Assembly (NCBI GenBank): GCA_031362565.1 | Contig: JANLSU010000101.1 | Coordinates: 1-64,000 of the forward strand | Length of the DNA: 64,000 bases | Reading direction: 5' to 3' | From: a bacterium | GTDB lineage: Bacteria > Krumholzibacteriota > Krumholzibacteriia > G020349025 | In this document: positions 48,271 through 58,046 of the stretch, one piece after another | How the letters are laid out: each line of letters begins with the position of its first letter | Position numbering within the stretch: position 1 is the stretch's first letter | Notes under the pieces: generated by a model | Seen by the model: only the letters and a program-made list of their open reading frames with translations | Told to the model about the DNA's origin: nothing | Database searches by the model: none | Made by a program: the position numbers and the translations under genes

Positions 48271-48394
48271 CCATTAGGCTGCTTCTCTGGTTCCCCTTTC
48301 GGTCGTGCTTCGCACGGTAGACGTTTGTCAGGACTCCGTCAAGAATATTCGGAGCGTCCACAAGCGGTCTGATTCCGACTCCGCGTCCGAGTCC

Positions 48395-48534
48395 GATTCC
48401 GAGTAGTCGCACGTCTTCGGAGGTGTGCGACCCCCGACGGCGAGTTAACGGGCTCGCGCATCTAATATTGCGCGCGAAGCGCGCGGCGCGGTCCGTTCTG
48501 TCTGAGTCGGCGGGGGTCGCACACCTCCGAAGAC
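48395..48534. repeat. REP/MITE-like element, copy 2, with a perfect 24-bp inverted repeat
   Basis: GTCTTCGGAGGTGTGCGACCCCCG (48413-48436) and its exact reverse complement (48511-48534); the core matches 103-216 inverted. Confidence 0.85.
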
Positions 48535-48635
48535 CCCCACGCCAAAGCAATCGCCCCCGGCATCGGGTGGCGGGAGCAGGCGCGGGCGCGGGCGCGGGCG
48601 CGGGCCCCGAAGCGGAGGCTGGGAAGCGCTCCGCT

Positions 48636-49814
48636 TCAGTACTTCGGCAGCGACGGATCCACCGTGTCGATCCAGCCGTGGATGCCGCCCGACATGTTCT
48701 GCACCCGCGTGAATCCCGCCGCGCGCAACAACTCCGCTGCCTTCGCGCTACGTCCGCCGAGCTTGCAGTGCACGACGATGTCGCGATCGCGCGGCAGTTC
48801 GCCGACGCGCTCCGGCAGCGTCTTGAGCGGAATCAACGTCGTGCCCGGGATGCGGCAGATCTCCACCTCGTGCGGCTCACGCACGTCGATGACCAGCAAA
48901 TCGTCGCCGCGATCGAGCCGCGCCTTCAAGTCCTTGGGGCTGATGTCGCCGGGATTCAATGCGGCCTCCGTGACCTGCGGGCCAATGCCGCAGAATTGTT
49001 CGTAGTCGATGAGTGCCGTGACACGCGGATTCGGTCCGCACACGGCGCAGTCGGGGTTCTTGCGCAAACGCAGCTCGCGGAAGCGCATTTGCAGCGCGTC
49101 GAACAGCAAAAGCCGGCCGATCAACGGCTCGCCCTCACCGAGCAACAGCTTGATCGTTTCCATCGCCTGGATCGTGCCGACGATGCCCGGCAGGACGCCC
49201 AGCACGCCGCCTTCGGCGCAGTTCGGCACCAGCCCGGGAGGCGGCGGTTCCTCGTACAAGCAGCGGTAGCACGGCCCGCGCTCGGCCCAGAACACCGAGG
49301 CTTGGCCTTCGAAGCGGAAGATGCTGCCGTAGACATTCGGCTTGCCCAACAATACGCAGGCATCGTTCACGAGATAGCGGGTCGGGAAATTATCGGTGCC
49401 GTCGACAATGATGTCGTAGTTGCGAAACAGGTCGAGGGCGTTCGTCGAGTCGAGCCGCATTTCGTGCGCTTCGATCTGGATATGCGGATTGATCCCCTGC
49501 AAGCGCTCGCGGGCTGCAGCGATCTTGCTGCGCCCGACGTCGCCGGTCGAGAACACCACTTGGCGCTGCAAATTCGTAAAATCGACGACGTCGAAATCCA
49601 CCAGGCCAAGCCGCCCGACGCCGGCCGCCGCGAGATACAGTCCAAGCGGCGCGCCCAATCCACCGGTGCCGACCAGGAGCACGCTTCCGGCTTTGAGTTT
49701 CCGCTGCCCCTCGAGCCCGACCTCCGGCATCACGATGTGGCGGCTATAGCGCCGAAGTTCGTCGGTGCTCAGTTGCACGGACCCGCCGTTCGTGCCGCGC
49801 AGCGTGTCGCTCAT
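48636..49814 (-). CDS. moeB: MoeB/MoeZ adenylyltransferase with C-terminal rhodanese domain
   Basis: RYSRH, GTGGLG, NLQRQ, DGTDNFPTRYL, CYRC and HCKLGGRS motifs. Confidence 0.95.
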   Translation of the reverse strand: MSDTLRGTNGGSVQLSTDELRRYSRHIVMPEVGLEGQRKLKAGSVLLVGTGGLGAPLGLYLAAAGVGRLGLVDFDVVDFTNLQRQVVFSTGDVGRSKIAAARERLQGINPHIQIEAHEMRLDSTNALDLFRNYDIIVDGTDNFPTRYLVNDACVLLGKPNVYGSIFRFEGQASVFWAERGPCYRCLYEEPPPPGLVPNCAEGGVLGVLPGIVGTIQAMETIKLLLGEGEPLIGRLLLFDALQMRFRELRLRKNPDCAVCGPNPRVTALIDYEQFCGIGPQVTEAALNPGDISPKDLKARLDRGDDLLVIDVREPHEVEICRIPGTTLIPLKTLPERVGELPRDRDIVVHCKLGGRSAKAAELLRAAGFTRVQNMSGGIHGWIDTVDPSLPKY

Positions 49815-50098
49815 CGCGCCGCCTTGCCACCGGCGATGGCCGGCACGATGGAAATCGTGTCGCCGGGTCCGACCGGCGTTGCATCGCGCGCCAGGGCGCG
49901 AATGTCTTCGTCGTTCACGTACACATTGACGAAACTCCGCAAGCGGCCGTCATCGGCATACAAATGCCGGCGCAACTCGCTGTAGCGTGCCGCCAAATTG
50001 GCCAGAACTTCCCCGACGGTGCGGCCTTCCACCTCGACGCGGGTTTGGGCATCGGCGAAGGCGCGGAGCGCGGTCGGAATCAAAACCGGGGTCGCCAT
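49811..50098 (-). CDS. CysO/MoaD/ThiS-like sulfur carrier protein
   Basis: IPTALR, FVNVYVNDEDIR and IVPAIAGG followed by KAAR. Confidence 0.92.
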   Translation of the reverse strand: MATPVLIPTALRAFADAQTRVEVEGRTVGEVLANLAARYSELRRHLYADDGRLRSFVNVYVNDEDIRALARDATPVGPGDTISIVPAIAGGKAAR

Positions 50099-50099
50099 G

Positions 50100-50528
50100 T
50101 CATGCCTCTCTCAAGCCGTGCAACTCTTCCGCCACGAATGCCGATCGGTCGTCCGACAGCACCCACGACGTGCACTCGCCGGCGCGGCCGGCGGCCACCG
50201 CGAGCACCAAGTACGAGTGCCAGGGCAACGCGTGCTCCCGATCATACTCCGAGGGACGCGCCGGGTGGTCGGGATGCGAATGGTAGAAGCCGATAAGGAC
50301 GAGCCCGCGGGCGTCGGCCGCCTGCTCGGCGGCGCGATACTCCGCCGGCGTGATGAGAAACCGGCGCCGCCTTTCGTCCGGCCGGGCGTTGACCAGCGGC
50401 ACCGCCTCGTCGACCCGGCGCACACCGCCTTCCACCCGGCCCACCAGTACGCCGCAGCATTCCTCCGGATAGTCGGCGACGCCGTGGCGGTCGATGGCGG
50501 CGCGCACTCCAGGTCCCAGTTCGACCAT
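50100..50528 (-). CDS. M67/JAB metallopeptidase (Mec-like)
   Basis: YPEECCG and YHSHPDHPARPSEYD JAMM motif. Confidence 0.93.
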   Translation of the reverse strand: MVELGPGVRAAIDRHGVADYPEECCGVLVGRVEGGVRRVDEAVPLVNARPDERRRRFLITPAEYRAAEQAADARGLVLIGFYHSHPDHPARPSEYDREHALPWHSYLVLAVAAGRAGECTSWVLSDDRSAFVAEELHGLREA

Positions 50529-51493
50529 CAATCCTCCGACCGTGACGCCCGCTCCGCGCGCTCTTCGAACTCGCGATCGAGTGCGAACAGCGGTTCGCCG
50601 AGATACTTGAGCCCATTGTCCGGGAACACGGTCACATACACGCCCGGTCCATCGCGACGCATGAGGCGGCGCGCGGCGACAAGCGCCGCAGCCGACGACG
50701 GCCCCACCAAGAGGCCTTCGGTGCGTGCCAAGCGCAGCAACATCTCCTGCGCAACCTCGGTCCCCACTTCCAGAATCTCGTCGGCGAGCGCCGCATCCCA
50801 AATCGCCGGCTGACAGGCGGTCGGCATGTGCTTGAGCCCCTCGAGGCCGTGGTACGGCGAATCAGGGATCACCGCCACACAGCGCACCTGCGGCAGCTGT
50901 TCGCGCAACCGGCGCGTCGTGCCGACGAACGTGCCGCTCGTACCGAGCCCGGCGATGAAGTGCGTGATGCGATTCGCGGTCTGCGACAGAATCTCGACGC
51001 CCGTGCCCTCGTAGTGGGCGCGCCAGTTGGCGGCGTTGCCGTACTGATCGCCGTGAAAATACCGCGCCGGCTCGGCCGCTGCGAGCCGGCGGGCGGTCGC
51101 GATCGCGGCGTCCATGCCGAGCATCGGGTCGGTGAGCACGAGTTCAGCCCCATAGGTCGCGAGAATCTTGCGACGCTCGAGACTGGCATTGGCGGGGAGT
51201 ACCAAGGTGACGCCAAAACCGAACACGGCGCCCAGCATGGCGTACGAGATGCCCGTGTTGCCGCTCGTGGCATCCAGGAGCCGCCGTCCGGCGCCGAGCG
51301 CGCCCTGGGCGAACGCCGCTCGGACGATGCCGAGCGCGGCGCGATCCTTCACCGATCCACCCGGATTGTGCCACTCGCACTTGGCCCAGAGTTCGCCGCC
51401 ACCCAATCCGGCTTCGAGCTTGGCGAGCCGCAGCAGCGGAGTTGCACCGATCGCATCGAAAGTTCCTGGAAGTGCACGGGGGGCGGGATTCAA
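50528..51493 (-). CDS. cysM: Cysteine synthase (CysM-like, PLP-dependent)
   Basis: NPGGSVKDR, TSGNTG, GLGTSGT and GPSS motifs. Confidence 0.9.
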   Translation of the reverse strand: MNPAPRALPGTFDAIGATPLLRLAKLEAGLGGGELWAKCEWHNPGGSVKDRAALGIVRAAFAQGALGAGRRLLDATSGNTGISYAMLGAVFGFGVTLVLPANASLERRKILATYGAELVLTDPMLGMDAAIATARRLAAAEPARYFHGDQYGNAANWRAHYEGTGVEILSQTANRITHFIAGLGTSGTFVGTTRRLREQLPQVRCVAVIPDSPYHGLEGLKHMPTACQPAIWDAALADEILEVGTEVAQEMLLRLARTEGLLVGPSSAAALVAARRLMRRDGPGVYVTVFPDNGLKYLGEPLFALDREFEERAERASRSED

Positions 51494-51504
51494 GAGCGGC
51501 CCTC

Positions 51505-51675
51505 ACTCGAATGCCCAAGCCGCAGAAGCGGCGGGCCCGAAACGGGCATCTGGCGCAGACTCCCGGAGTCCCCGAGACCACGAAGCCGAGGTGTCAAATC
51601 CAACAAAAGGAACTCGGCACCGTGGCTCGCTGGGAGCCTGGCCAGATGTTCGATGTCGGCCGCACCCCAAGGATA
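51505..51675 (-). ncRNA. Candidate structured RNA (long irregular hairpin) in the cysM leader
   Basis: Four nested complementary segments plus an outer stem; family not identified. Confidence 0.35.
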
Positions 51676-51770
51676 CGGCCGTGGCGAGGATCCGGCGCCC
51701 GTCCCGTGAACCAAGGAGCGTGCGCGCGCGTCGAGCCGCAAAGCGATGCCGCGGCGCGACAGGCCGCCGT

Positions 51771-51799
51771 ATTATAGCAACCCGGGCGGTGAGCGTCCA
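51771..51799 (-). promoter_or_regulatory. Sigma70 promoter with extended -10, upstream of the cysM operon
   Basis: TGGACG-N17-TATAAT with TGn immediately before the -10 (TGCTATAAT). Confidence 0.65.
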
Positions 51800-51836
51800 G
51801 GCGAGCCCTTGGCCAGAGGTCACTAACGGAGGATTC

Positions 51837-52982
51837 ATGAAGCTTCTCGTCTTGGGCGCCGGACTGCAGGGCGGTGCCGCAGCGTTCGATCTCCTGCGCA
51901 ATCCGGACGTCGAACGCGTCGGCCTGGCGGACGTGAATAGCGACCGGCTCGAACAGGCGCGCCTGCGGCTCGGCGACCGCCGGCTCGCGGTGCACGAGCT
52001 CGACGCTCAAGATTCGAGCCGCGTCGTCGAGCTCATGGCCGAGTACGACGCTTGCCTGTCGGCGGTGAACTACTGGTTCAACGTCGATCTGACCCGCGCC
52101 GCCATCGAAGCGCACACGCATTTTTGCGACTTGGGCGGCAACAACGCCGTCGTGAACGAGCAGCTGCAACTCGATTCAGCGGCATTCGCGGCCGGCGTGA
52201 CCGTCGTTCCGGACTGCGGCCTGGCGCCCGGAATGGCGAACATTCTCGCGGCACATGGCATTCGCAAGCTGGACGAAACGGCAGCCGTACGCATCCGCGT
52301 CGGCGGCCTGCCGCAGAATCCAAAACCGCCGCTCGAATATCAACTCGTGTTCGCGATCGAGGGATTGATCAACGAGTACGTGGAACGCTGCGTGGCGGTG
52401 CGCGACGGCGTGAAACTTTTCGTCGAGCCCTTGACCGAAGTGGAAGAGATCGAATTCCCCGAACCCTTCGGCACTCTCGAAGCGTTCAACACGTCCGGCG
52501 GCCTCTCGACCTTGGCCAAGACGTTCGCGGGCAAAGTTCGCGACATGGACTACAAGACGATTCGCTATCCCGGCCATTGCGCTAAGATGCGAACGCTCTT
52601 CGAACTGGGATTGTTCGGCACCGAAGCCATCGACGTCGGCGAGCAGTCGGTGGTGCCGCGCAAGCTGACCGGCCGGGTTCTCGAACGCCTCTTGCCGCAC
52701 GACCAACCCGATTGCGTGCTGGTGCGGGTTTCGGTGATGGGCATGAAAAACGGCGGCCGGCGGCGGTTCGAGTACGAAATCATCGACCGGTACGACGCCA
52801 CGAACGGCATCACCGCCATGATGCGCTGTACGGCGTATCCGGCCAGCATCATCCTGCAGATGCTGGCCAGCAAGCGCATCGAGCAACGCGGCGTCGTGTT
52901 GCAAGAGCGTTGCGTGCCGGCCGACGAGTTCATTGTCGAACTCGGCCGGCGCGGCATCCAGGTCGTGGAACGCCAATCCTAG
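51837..52982 (+). CDS. Saccharopine dehydrogenase / lysine 6-dehydrogenase family protein
   Basis: VLGAGLQG, DLGGN, DCGLAPG, VGGLPQ, EGLINEY and YKTIRYPGH motifs; GGAGG RBS. Confidence 0.93.
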   Translation: MKLLVLGAGLQGGAAAFDLLRNPDVERVGLADVNSDRLEQARLRLGDRRLAVHELDAQDSSRVVELMAEYDACLSAVNYWFNVDLTRAAIEAHTHFCDLGGNNAVVNEQLQLDSAAFAAGVTVVPDCGLAPGMANILAAHGIRKLDETAAVRIRVGGLPQNPKPPLEYQLVFAIEGLINEYVERCVAVRDGVKLFVEPLTEVEEIEFPEPFGTLEAFNTSGGLSTLAKTFAGKVRDMDYKTIRYPGHCAKMRTLFELGLFGTEAIDVGEQSVVPRKLTGRVLERLLPHDQPDCVLVRVSVMGMKNGGRRRFEYEIIDRYDATNGITAMMRCTAYPASIILQMLASKRIEQRGVVLQERCVPADEFIVELGRRGIQVVERQS

Positions 52983-52998
52983 AGGGCGATCGCGCCGC

Positions 52999-54303
52999 TC
53001 AGTGGCCGGCGGGCTTTGCCAGCTTGGGACGGTCGCGGTACTTTTGCCAGAGGCGCGTTTGGCGATTGTCGAGACTCACTTCGTGGCCGGCAATGAAGGC
53101 CCGCACCACATGGGTGCGGATGTCGAGCGGATCGCCATCGGCCAAAAAGAACGTCGCCTCCTTGTTGGCCTCGAGCGACCCCAGCCGGTCGCCGACGCCG
53201 AGGATCTCGGCCGCGGTTTGCGTCAAGGCACGCAGCGCCACGTCGTGCGGCAGGCCATAGGCCACCGCCGTCGCCGCTTCATATGGCAAGTTGCGGGCAT
53301 TGGCGGCGCCGAAGGCTCCACCACCGGTCGAGAAACAAAAATCGACTCCCGCCGCGTGCAACGTTGCGGCCGCGGTGTACGGCGTGTCGTACGGTTCCCA
53401 GCGGCGGGCGGGGAGGGCCAGGACCGGTTCGAGGATCACCGGAATGTGGCGTTCGGCGAGCTCCGGCGCGACGCGTGCCACATCACTCCCGGACAAAAAC
53501 ACGATCTTGACACCTTCCTGCGCCGCCCACTGAAGCGCAGCGCGAATCTGCACCAGTCCACCGGCATTCACCAAAACCGGCGCCTCGCCGCGCAACACCG
53601 GGCCCATGGCATCCCAACGCGGGTCCCGGTCGTGCGCCGGCACGCCCTTGCTGCCTTCGGCGCCACGGGCGCGCCAATACGCCCGGCCGTTCGCGAACGT
53701 GTCACGCAGCAATTGCAAGCGCGCGTCACGGTTCTTGATCTGTTCATCGGGCGGCGGCGTCGCATCGGGCTCGCGATTGATGTGCATGTCGGGCCAGTTG
53801 ACGAGCATCCCCACCGGCGCCTTGACGGTGAGATCCTCCCAATTCCAGCCGTCCATGCGGAGCACCGCCGCCGTGCCGGCTACGAGTCCGCCACGCGGTG
53901 CGGCCATCGCGATCAGCACGCCGTTGGCGCGCGTCACCGGCAATAGTTCCGAATCGGCGTTGAGCGCCACCTCGGCCCGCACGTTCGGATTCACATCACC
54001 GACTTCGCTCACATCGACCGTGCCGCGAACACTGCTGATTTCGACCAGTCCGAGCACGGTGTTGGCGTCGATGAGACTCGGGTAGGCGTGCAGGCCGGTA
54101 CCGTCGATGACTTTGGCGCCGGCCGGCACGGACGCAGTGGGTCCAACCGCCGCGAGGCGCGCCCCATCGACGACAATAACGCCCGGCCCTTCAGGCCCGG
54201 TGATCGGATGCAAGGTCGCGCCCCGCACGACGAACACTTCGGCCGGCGCGGCGACGGGGGCGAGCCAAAAGAGCGCGGCGGCGAACAACGCGGGGTACTT
54301 CAC
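52999..54303 (-). CDS. Amidohydrolase-family protein (secreted)
   Basis: IDGTGLHAYPSLID, GLVEI and GSLEANKEAT...GDPLD motifs; lacks HxH. Confidence 0.88.
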   Translation of the reverse strand: MKYPALFAAALFWLAPVAAPAEVFVVRGATLHPITGPEGPGVIVVDGARLAAVGPTASVPAGAKVIDGTGLHAYPSLIDANTVLGLVEISSVRGTVDVSEVGDVNPNVRAEVALNADSELLPVTRANGVLIAMAAPRGGLVAGTAAVLRMDGWNWEDLTVKAPVGMLVNWPDMHINREPDATPPPDEQIKNRDARLQLLRDTFANGRAYWRARGAEGSKGVPAHDRDPRWDAMGPVLRGEAPVLVNAGGLVQIRAALQWAAQEGVKIVFLSGSDVARVAPELAERHIPVILEPVLALPARRWEPYDTPYTAAATLHAAGVDFCFSTGGGAFGAANARNLPYEAATAVAYGLPHDVALRALTQTAAEILGVGDRLGSLEANKEATFFLADGDPLDIRTHVVRAFIAGHEVSLDNRQTRLWQKYRDRPKLAKPAGH

Positions 54304-57300
54304 GGCTGAACCTCCTCGTGGCACGACGCTCCATGTTCGGCGCCGTAGCTCGGCCGCCAGACGCCCCAAGTGGCACTCTCCTCCGGCTTCATTTTCTTGC
54401 GGGCCTCGCGCGCCTTGGCGACGAGCGCACCGCGCTCGGCTTCCATGCCGCCGCGGGCGGCGAGATCGAGTCTGCGGTCGAAATACTTGCGGCCTTCGAT
54501 CCACGTCTGCTCGCAACGCGTCGTGGCCGCCAGCGGGCTCTGCGTCCAGAGCGCGAAATCCGCGTCCTTGCCCGGCTCGAGCGAACCGACGCGATTGTCG
54601 ATGCGCAGCTGCTTGGCCGGATTCAAGGTTGCGAAGGCGAGGGCGTCCGGTTCCGGCACGCCGCCGTACTTGACCGCTTTGGCCGCCTCCAGGTAGAGAT
54701 GCCGCGCCAGTTCCGAGCTGTCCGAATTGAACGACACGACCACGCCGCGGTCGTGCAGGATCGAGCCGTTGTATGGGATCGCGTCGTACACTTCGAACTT
54801 GTAGGCCCACCAATCGCTGAAGGACGAAGCGCCGGCGCCATGCAGCGCCATCTCGTCCGCCACCTTGTAACCTTCGAGAACGTGCTGGAAAGTGGCGACA
54901 CGGAAGCCGAACTCCTCGGCGACGCGCATCATCATCAGGATTTCGTCGGCCCGGTACGAATGACAGTGCACCAGGCGTTCGCCGCTCAGGATCTCGGCGA
55001 TCGCCTCGAGCTGCAGGTCGCGCCGCGGCGGAATGGCGTTCTTGCCCTTGTGGCGATACTCGTTCCATTGCCGCGCATAGTCGCGCGCCGCGATGAAGCG
55101 TTCGCGAATGGACTGCTCGACGCCCATGCGCGTCTGTGGAAAACGGTCGTTGCGGTCGTCCCAGTTCGACTGCTTGGGATTTTCGCCGAGCGCGAACTTG
55201 ATGCCGGGCGGCGCCGCGCGGAACACGAGTCCCGCCGGCGGCTCGCTCCAGCGCAACTTGATGACCGTGTTCTGGCCGCCGATCGAATTGGCGGAACCGT
55301 GCAATTGGTTGGCGACCGTCAAGCCGCCGGCCAGTTCGCGATAGAGAGCGATCGATTCGGAATCGAGAATATCGGCGGTCCGCACTTCGGCGGTGCAAAT
55401 GTTCGTGCCCTCGTTGACGCTGCCCACCAGGTCGGAGTGCGAATGGCAGTCGACGAGTCCGGGCGTCAGATGCATGCCGCGGCCATCGACTTCGACGGCG
55501 CCGCCGGGGGCGCGCAGGCCGCGGCCCACTGCCGTGATCTTGCCGTCGACGGCAACGAGGTCGGCGTCGGCGAGAATGCCTTGCGGGCCGCAGGTCCAAA
55601 CGGTCGCGCCGCGCACCACGACCGCGCGCGGCCGCGGGCCGGGCTTGGGCGGCCACGGCACACTGGCCACAGCGGCACTCGCCGCCGCGGCCGGCGGGCT
55701 GGCTTTCGCGCTGTCCGCGGCTGCCGCCGGCTTGGCATCGGCGTTCACCTTGGTGCCCCGGACCGGCGCGCTCGAGCCGTCGGCGAACCACCACATGCCT
55801 GCTGCCGCGTCCGGCGACCCGGCGGCAGGCGGCGCGAAGCGCAAGCGATCGTCACCGCTTCGCGCCGTGAGTTCGCTCTGCGCCCAACGCACCTCGGTGA
55901 GTGCCCGGATACCGGCGGCGTCTTGAATGCGCGCCGTGAGTGTCCACTCCGACCCTTCCACATGCAGCGTCGGCTCGATCTTGGCGGCGGCGCGCTGGAA
56001 CGAGAGTTTCCAATCGCCCTTGAGCGCTTCCAGATCACCGCGGTTGGCGATTTCATAGCGATCGCCTTCGACCCACACTTCAACGACCCGCGCCGTGCCG
56101 GCAAAAAGATCGCCGTCCGCGACCGTCAAGTTGGCGATCCGGCCTTGTTCGATGCGCCCGAGCTGGGTGTCGGCGCCTAGGAGGTGCGCCGGTACGGTTG
56201 TCAACGCGGCAAGTGCCGCATCGGGCGCGAGGCCGCGCTCGATCGCCAGGCGCACGCGCGCCAAGAACACGGTGCGCTTGCGCAGGCCCTGCGACGAAAG
56301 CGCGAACGGAATCCCGGCGGCTTGCATCCGGTGCGGATTGTCGGCGGCCGTATCCCAATGACGCAACGCTTCCAGATCGACATCGAGCGCTTCGTCGTCG
56401 TCCGCGGCGCGCGGCGGCTCGGGATAGTTGACTTGCAGGACGAACGGCCGCCCCGCAGCGCGGAGCGCATCCAGGTAGCGGTATTCATCGCCATTGCCCA
56501 GGAGCACGGCGTCGCAGCCAAATTCGCGCGCCACCGCATCCGCCCGCAGGCACCCGAGCACGTCGCCGGTCACCATCCAGAGCGGCTGCTTGCCATACGC
56601 CGGCAGTACCGCCGACAAGGCACGGAGTGAGACGTCGTCGTGCGGACGCGTGACACCGCGCGACGTCGCATACAAGCGCGCCGCGTCGCGCGCCCAACCC
56701 GCGTCGAGCAACGATTGGCGGGCGAGCGCCACACTGCCCATGATCGATGACGGATAGCCGCCCGGGCGGCCGCTGCCGGCCGGGCCGCCCCGGTCGAGTT
56801 CGAAGGCCATGACTTGCGCCACGTGCGGCCGCAACAGTTGATCGGCGGCACTGCCGTCGCGCAAATTGACCAGCGCGCTCTGGCCGCGAAACACACCTGC
56901 ACCCGGCACGACATGCGCGGCCGTGAAACCCAACGCCCGCAGTTCGTCGAGTGCGTCGCGCCCCAAATCGAGCGTCGAGGCAACATCGACTTCGGCGCGC
57001 ACCATCACATTGTCGGCGCCGGCGCCGCGCGCGGCCGGCGGCGCGGCGCTCACCGGCGCCGCCGGACCCTCGCGGGACCCACCGCGTGGTGCGGGCGCCG
57101 GAGTGCGATCGAGCCAGGCTTCGACGAAACCCGCATACACCGTGCGGCCGCGCAAGTCCCAAACGCGTGCATCGGGCGGCGGTGCAAGGTGCGATCCGAC
57201 GGCCTCCACGACGCCGTCACGCAACACAATGGTCGCGTCGTCGAGGACCGTACCGGGCGCCGGCACGACCCGCGCGTGAACGAGCGCGTGGACGCGCGGC

Positions 57301-57374
57301 GTGCGACCGGCGGCGCTGCACGGCGCAGCCAGAAGCAGGCTCGAAAGAATGACGGCCGAGCGGCGCATTCGCAC
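54300..57374 (-). CDS. Two-domain amidohydrolase-family protein (secreted)
   Basis: PGLVDCHSH, KFALGENPK, HCHSYRADE, FQHVLEGYK and GSLEPGKDAD motifs. Confidence 0.9.
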   Translation of the reverse strand: MRMRRSAVILSSLLLAAPCSAAGRTPRVHALVHARVVPAPGTVLDDATIVLRDGVVEAVGSHLAPPPDARVWDLRGRTVYAGFVEAWLDRTPAPAPRGGSREGPAAPVSAAPPAARGAGADNVMVRAEVDVASTLDLGRDALDELRALGFTAAHVVPGAGVFRGQSALVNLRDGSAADQLLRPHVAQVMAFELDRGGPAGSGRPGGYPSSIMGSVALARQSLLDAGWARDAARLYATSRGVTRPHDDVSLRALSAVLPAYGKQPLWMVTGDVLGCLRADAVAREFGCDAVLLGNGDEYRYLDALRAAGRPFVLQVNYPEPPRAADDDEALDVDLEALRHWDTAADNPHRMQAAGIPFALSSQGLRKRTVFLARVRLAIERGLAPDAALAALTTVPAHLLGADTQLGRIEQGRIANLTVADGDLFAGTARVVEVWVEGDRYEIANRGDLEALKGDWKLSFQRAAAKIEPTLHVEGSEWTLTARIQDAAGIRALTEVRWAQSELTARSGDDRLRFAPPAAGSPDAAAGMWWFADGSSAPVRGTKVNADAKPAAAADSAKASPPAAAASAAVASVPWPPKPGPRPRAVVVRGATVWTCGPQGILADADLVAVDGKITAVGRGLRAPGGAVEVDGRGMHLTPGLVDCHSHSDLVGSVNEGTNICTAEVRTADILDSESIALYRELAGGLTVANQLHGSANSIGGQNTVIKLRWSEPPAGLVFRAAPPGIKFALGENPKQSNWDDRNDRFPQTRMGVEQSIRERFIAARDYARQWNEYRHKGKNAIPPRRDLQLEAIAEILSGERLVHCHSYRADEILMMMRVAEEFGFRVATFQHVLEGYKVADEMALHGAGASSFSDWWAYKFEVYDAIPYNGSILHDRGVVVSFNSDSSELARHLYLEAAKAVKYGGVPEPDALAFATLNPAKQLRIDNRVGSLEPGKDADFALWTQSPLAATTRCEQTWIEGRKYFDRRLDLAARGGMEAERGALVAKAREARKKMKPEESATWGVWRPSYGAEHGASCHEEVQP

Positions 57375-57485
57375 TCTCCTCCGGCAGGCGACACAACGGC
57401 CCCCGTCATCCTGGACGCGGACTCGGGACCTACGGCAATGAGGACGTTCACTCTAGCCGTGGTGGGCGCCACCCGCAAAGGGGGG

Positions 57486-57965
57486 TCAGGCGCTCGGATC
57501 GAGCGCCCGCAGCACCCGGCAGGGATTGCCGGCCGCGACGACATTGTCCGGCACATCGCGCGTCACGACACTGCCTGCACCGATGATCGAATTGGTGCCG
57601 ATCGTGACGTTGGAGAGGATCGTGCAGCTCGTGCCGATCGACGCACCGCGCTTGATGCGCGTCGGCTCGACGCTCCAGTCGGCTTCGGTCTGCAGTTGCC
57701 CGCCGGCCGTCGCGCGCGGGAACTTGTCGTTGATGAACGAGACGTTGTGGCCCACGAACACATCGTCCTCGATGGTGACGCCTTCGCAAATGAAGGTATG
57801 GCTCGAGATCTTGCAGTTCTTGCCGATCGTGGCGTTCTTCTGGATCTCGACGAACGCACCCACCTTCGAGTTGTCACCGATCGAACAGCCATAGAGATTG
57901 ACGAAGTCGAAGATCTTGACGTTGGCGCCCAATTGGACGTCGTCGCGGATATTTTGAAACGGCAT
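57486..57965 (-). CDS. Hexapeptide-repeat N-acetyltransferase (WbpD/FdtC-like)
   Basis: VNLYGCSIG, KISSHTFICEGV, FINDKFP and GAGSVVTRDVP motifs. Confidence 0.93.
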   Translation of the reverse strand: MPFQNIRDDVQLGANVKIFDFVNLYGCSIGDNSKVGAFVEIQKNATIGKNCKISSHTFICEGVTIEDDVFVGHNVSFINDKFPRATAGGQLQTEADWSVEPTRIKRGASIGTSCTILSNVTIGTNSIIGAGSVVTRDVPDNVVAAGNPCRVLRALDPSA

Positions 57966-58046
57966 TCGGTCCTCCGGAATGGGGCGTCAGGTGAAGCATC
58001 TTAGCCGTTGCAACCGGGGGCTCCCAACCCCCTCGGGCGCGGTTCT

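Noticed and set aside
48440..48510. Integron attC site (GCATCTAAT / GTTAAC boxes)
   Set aside because: No properly paired R''/R' and L boxes, and no integrase or cassette array was seen.
48371..48620. Possible CRISPR or coding Gly-Ala repeat
   Set aside because: Only short hexamer runs; no repeat-spacer periodicity and no cas genes.
51560..51700. SAM-I riboswitch (GGTGCCGAGTTCC resembles GGTGCnAAnTCC)
   Set aside because: The other conserved elements (ATC..GAG, GCAACC, terminal GAT) were not found in order.
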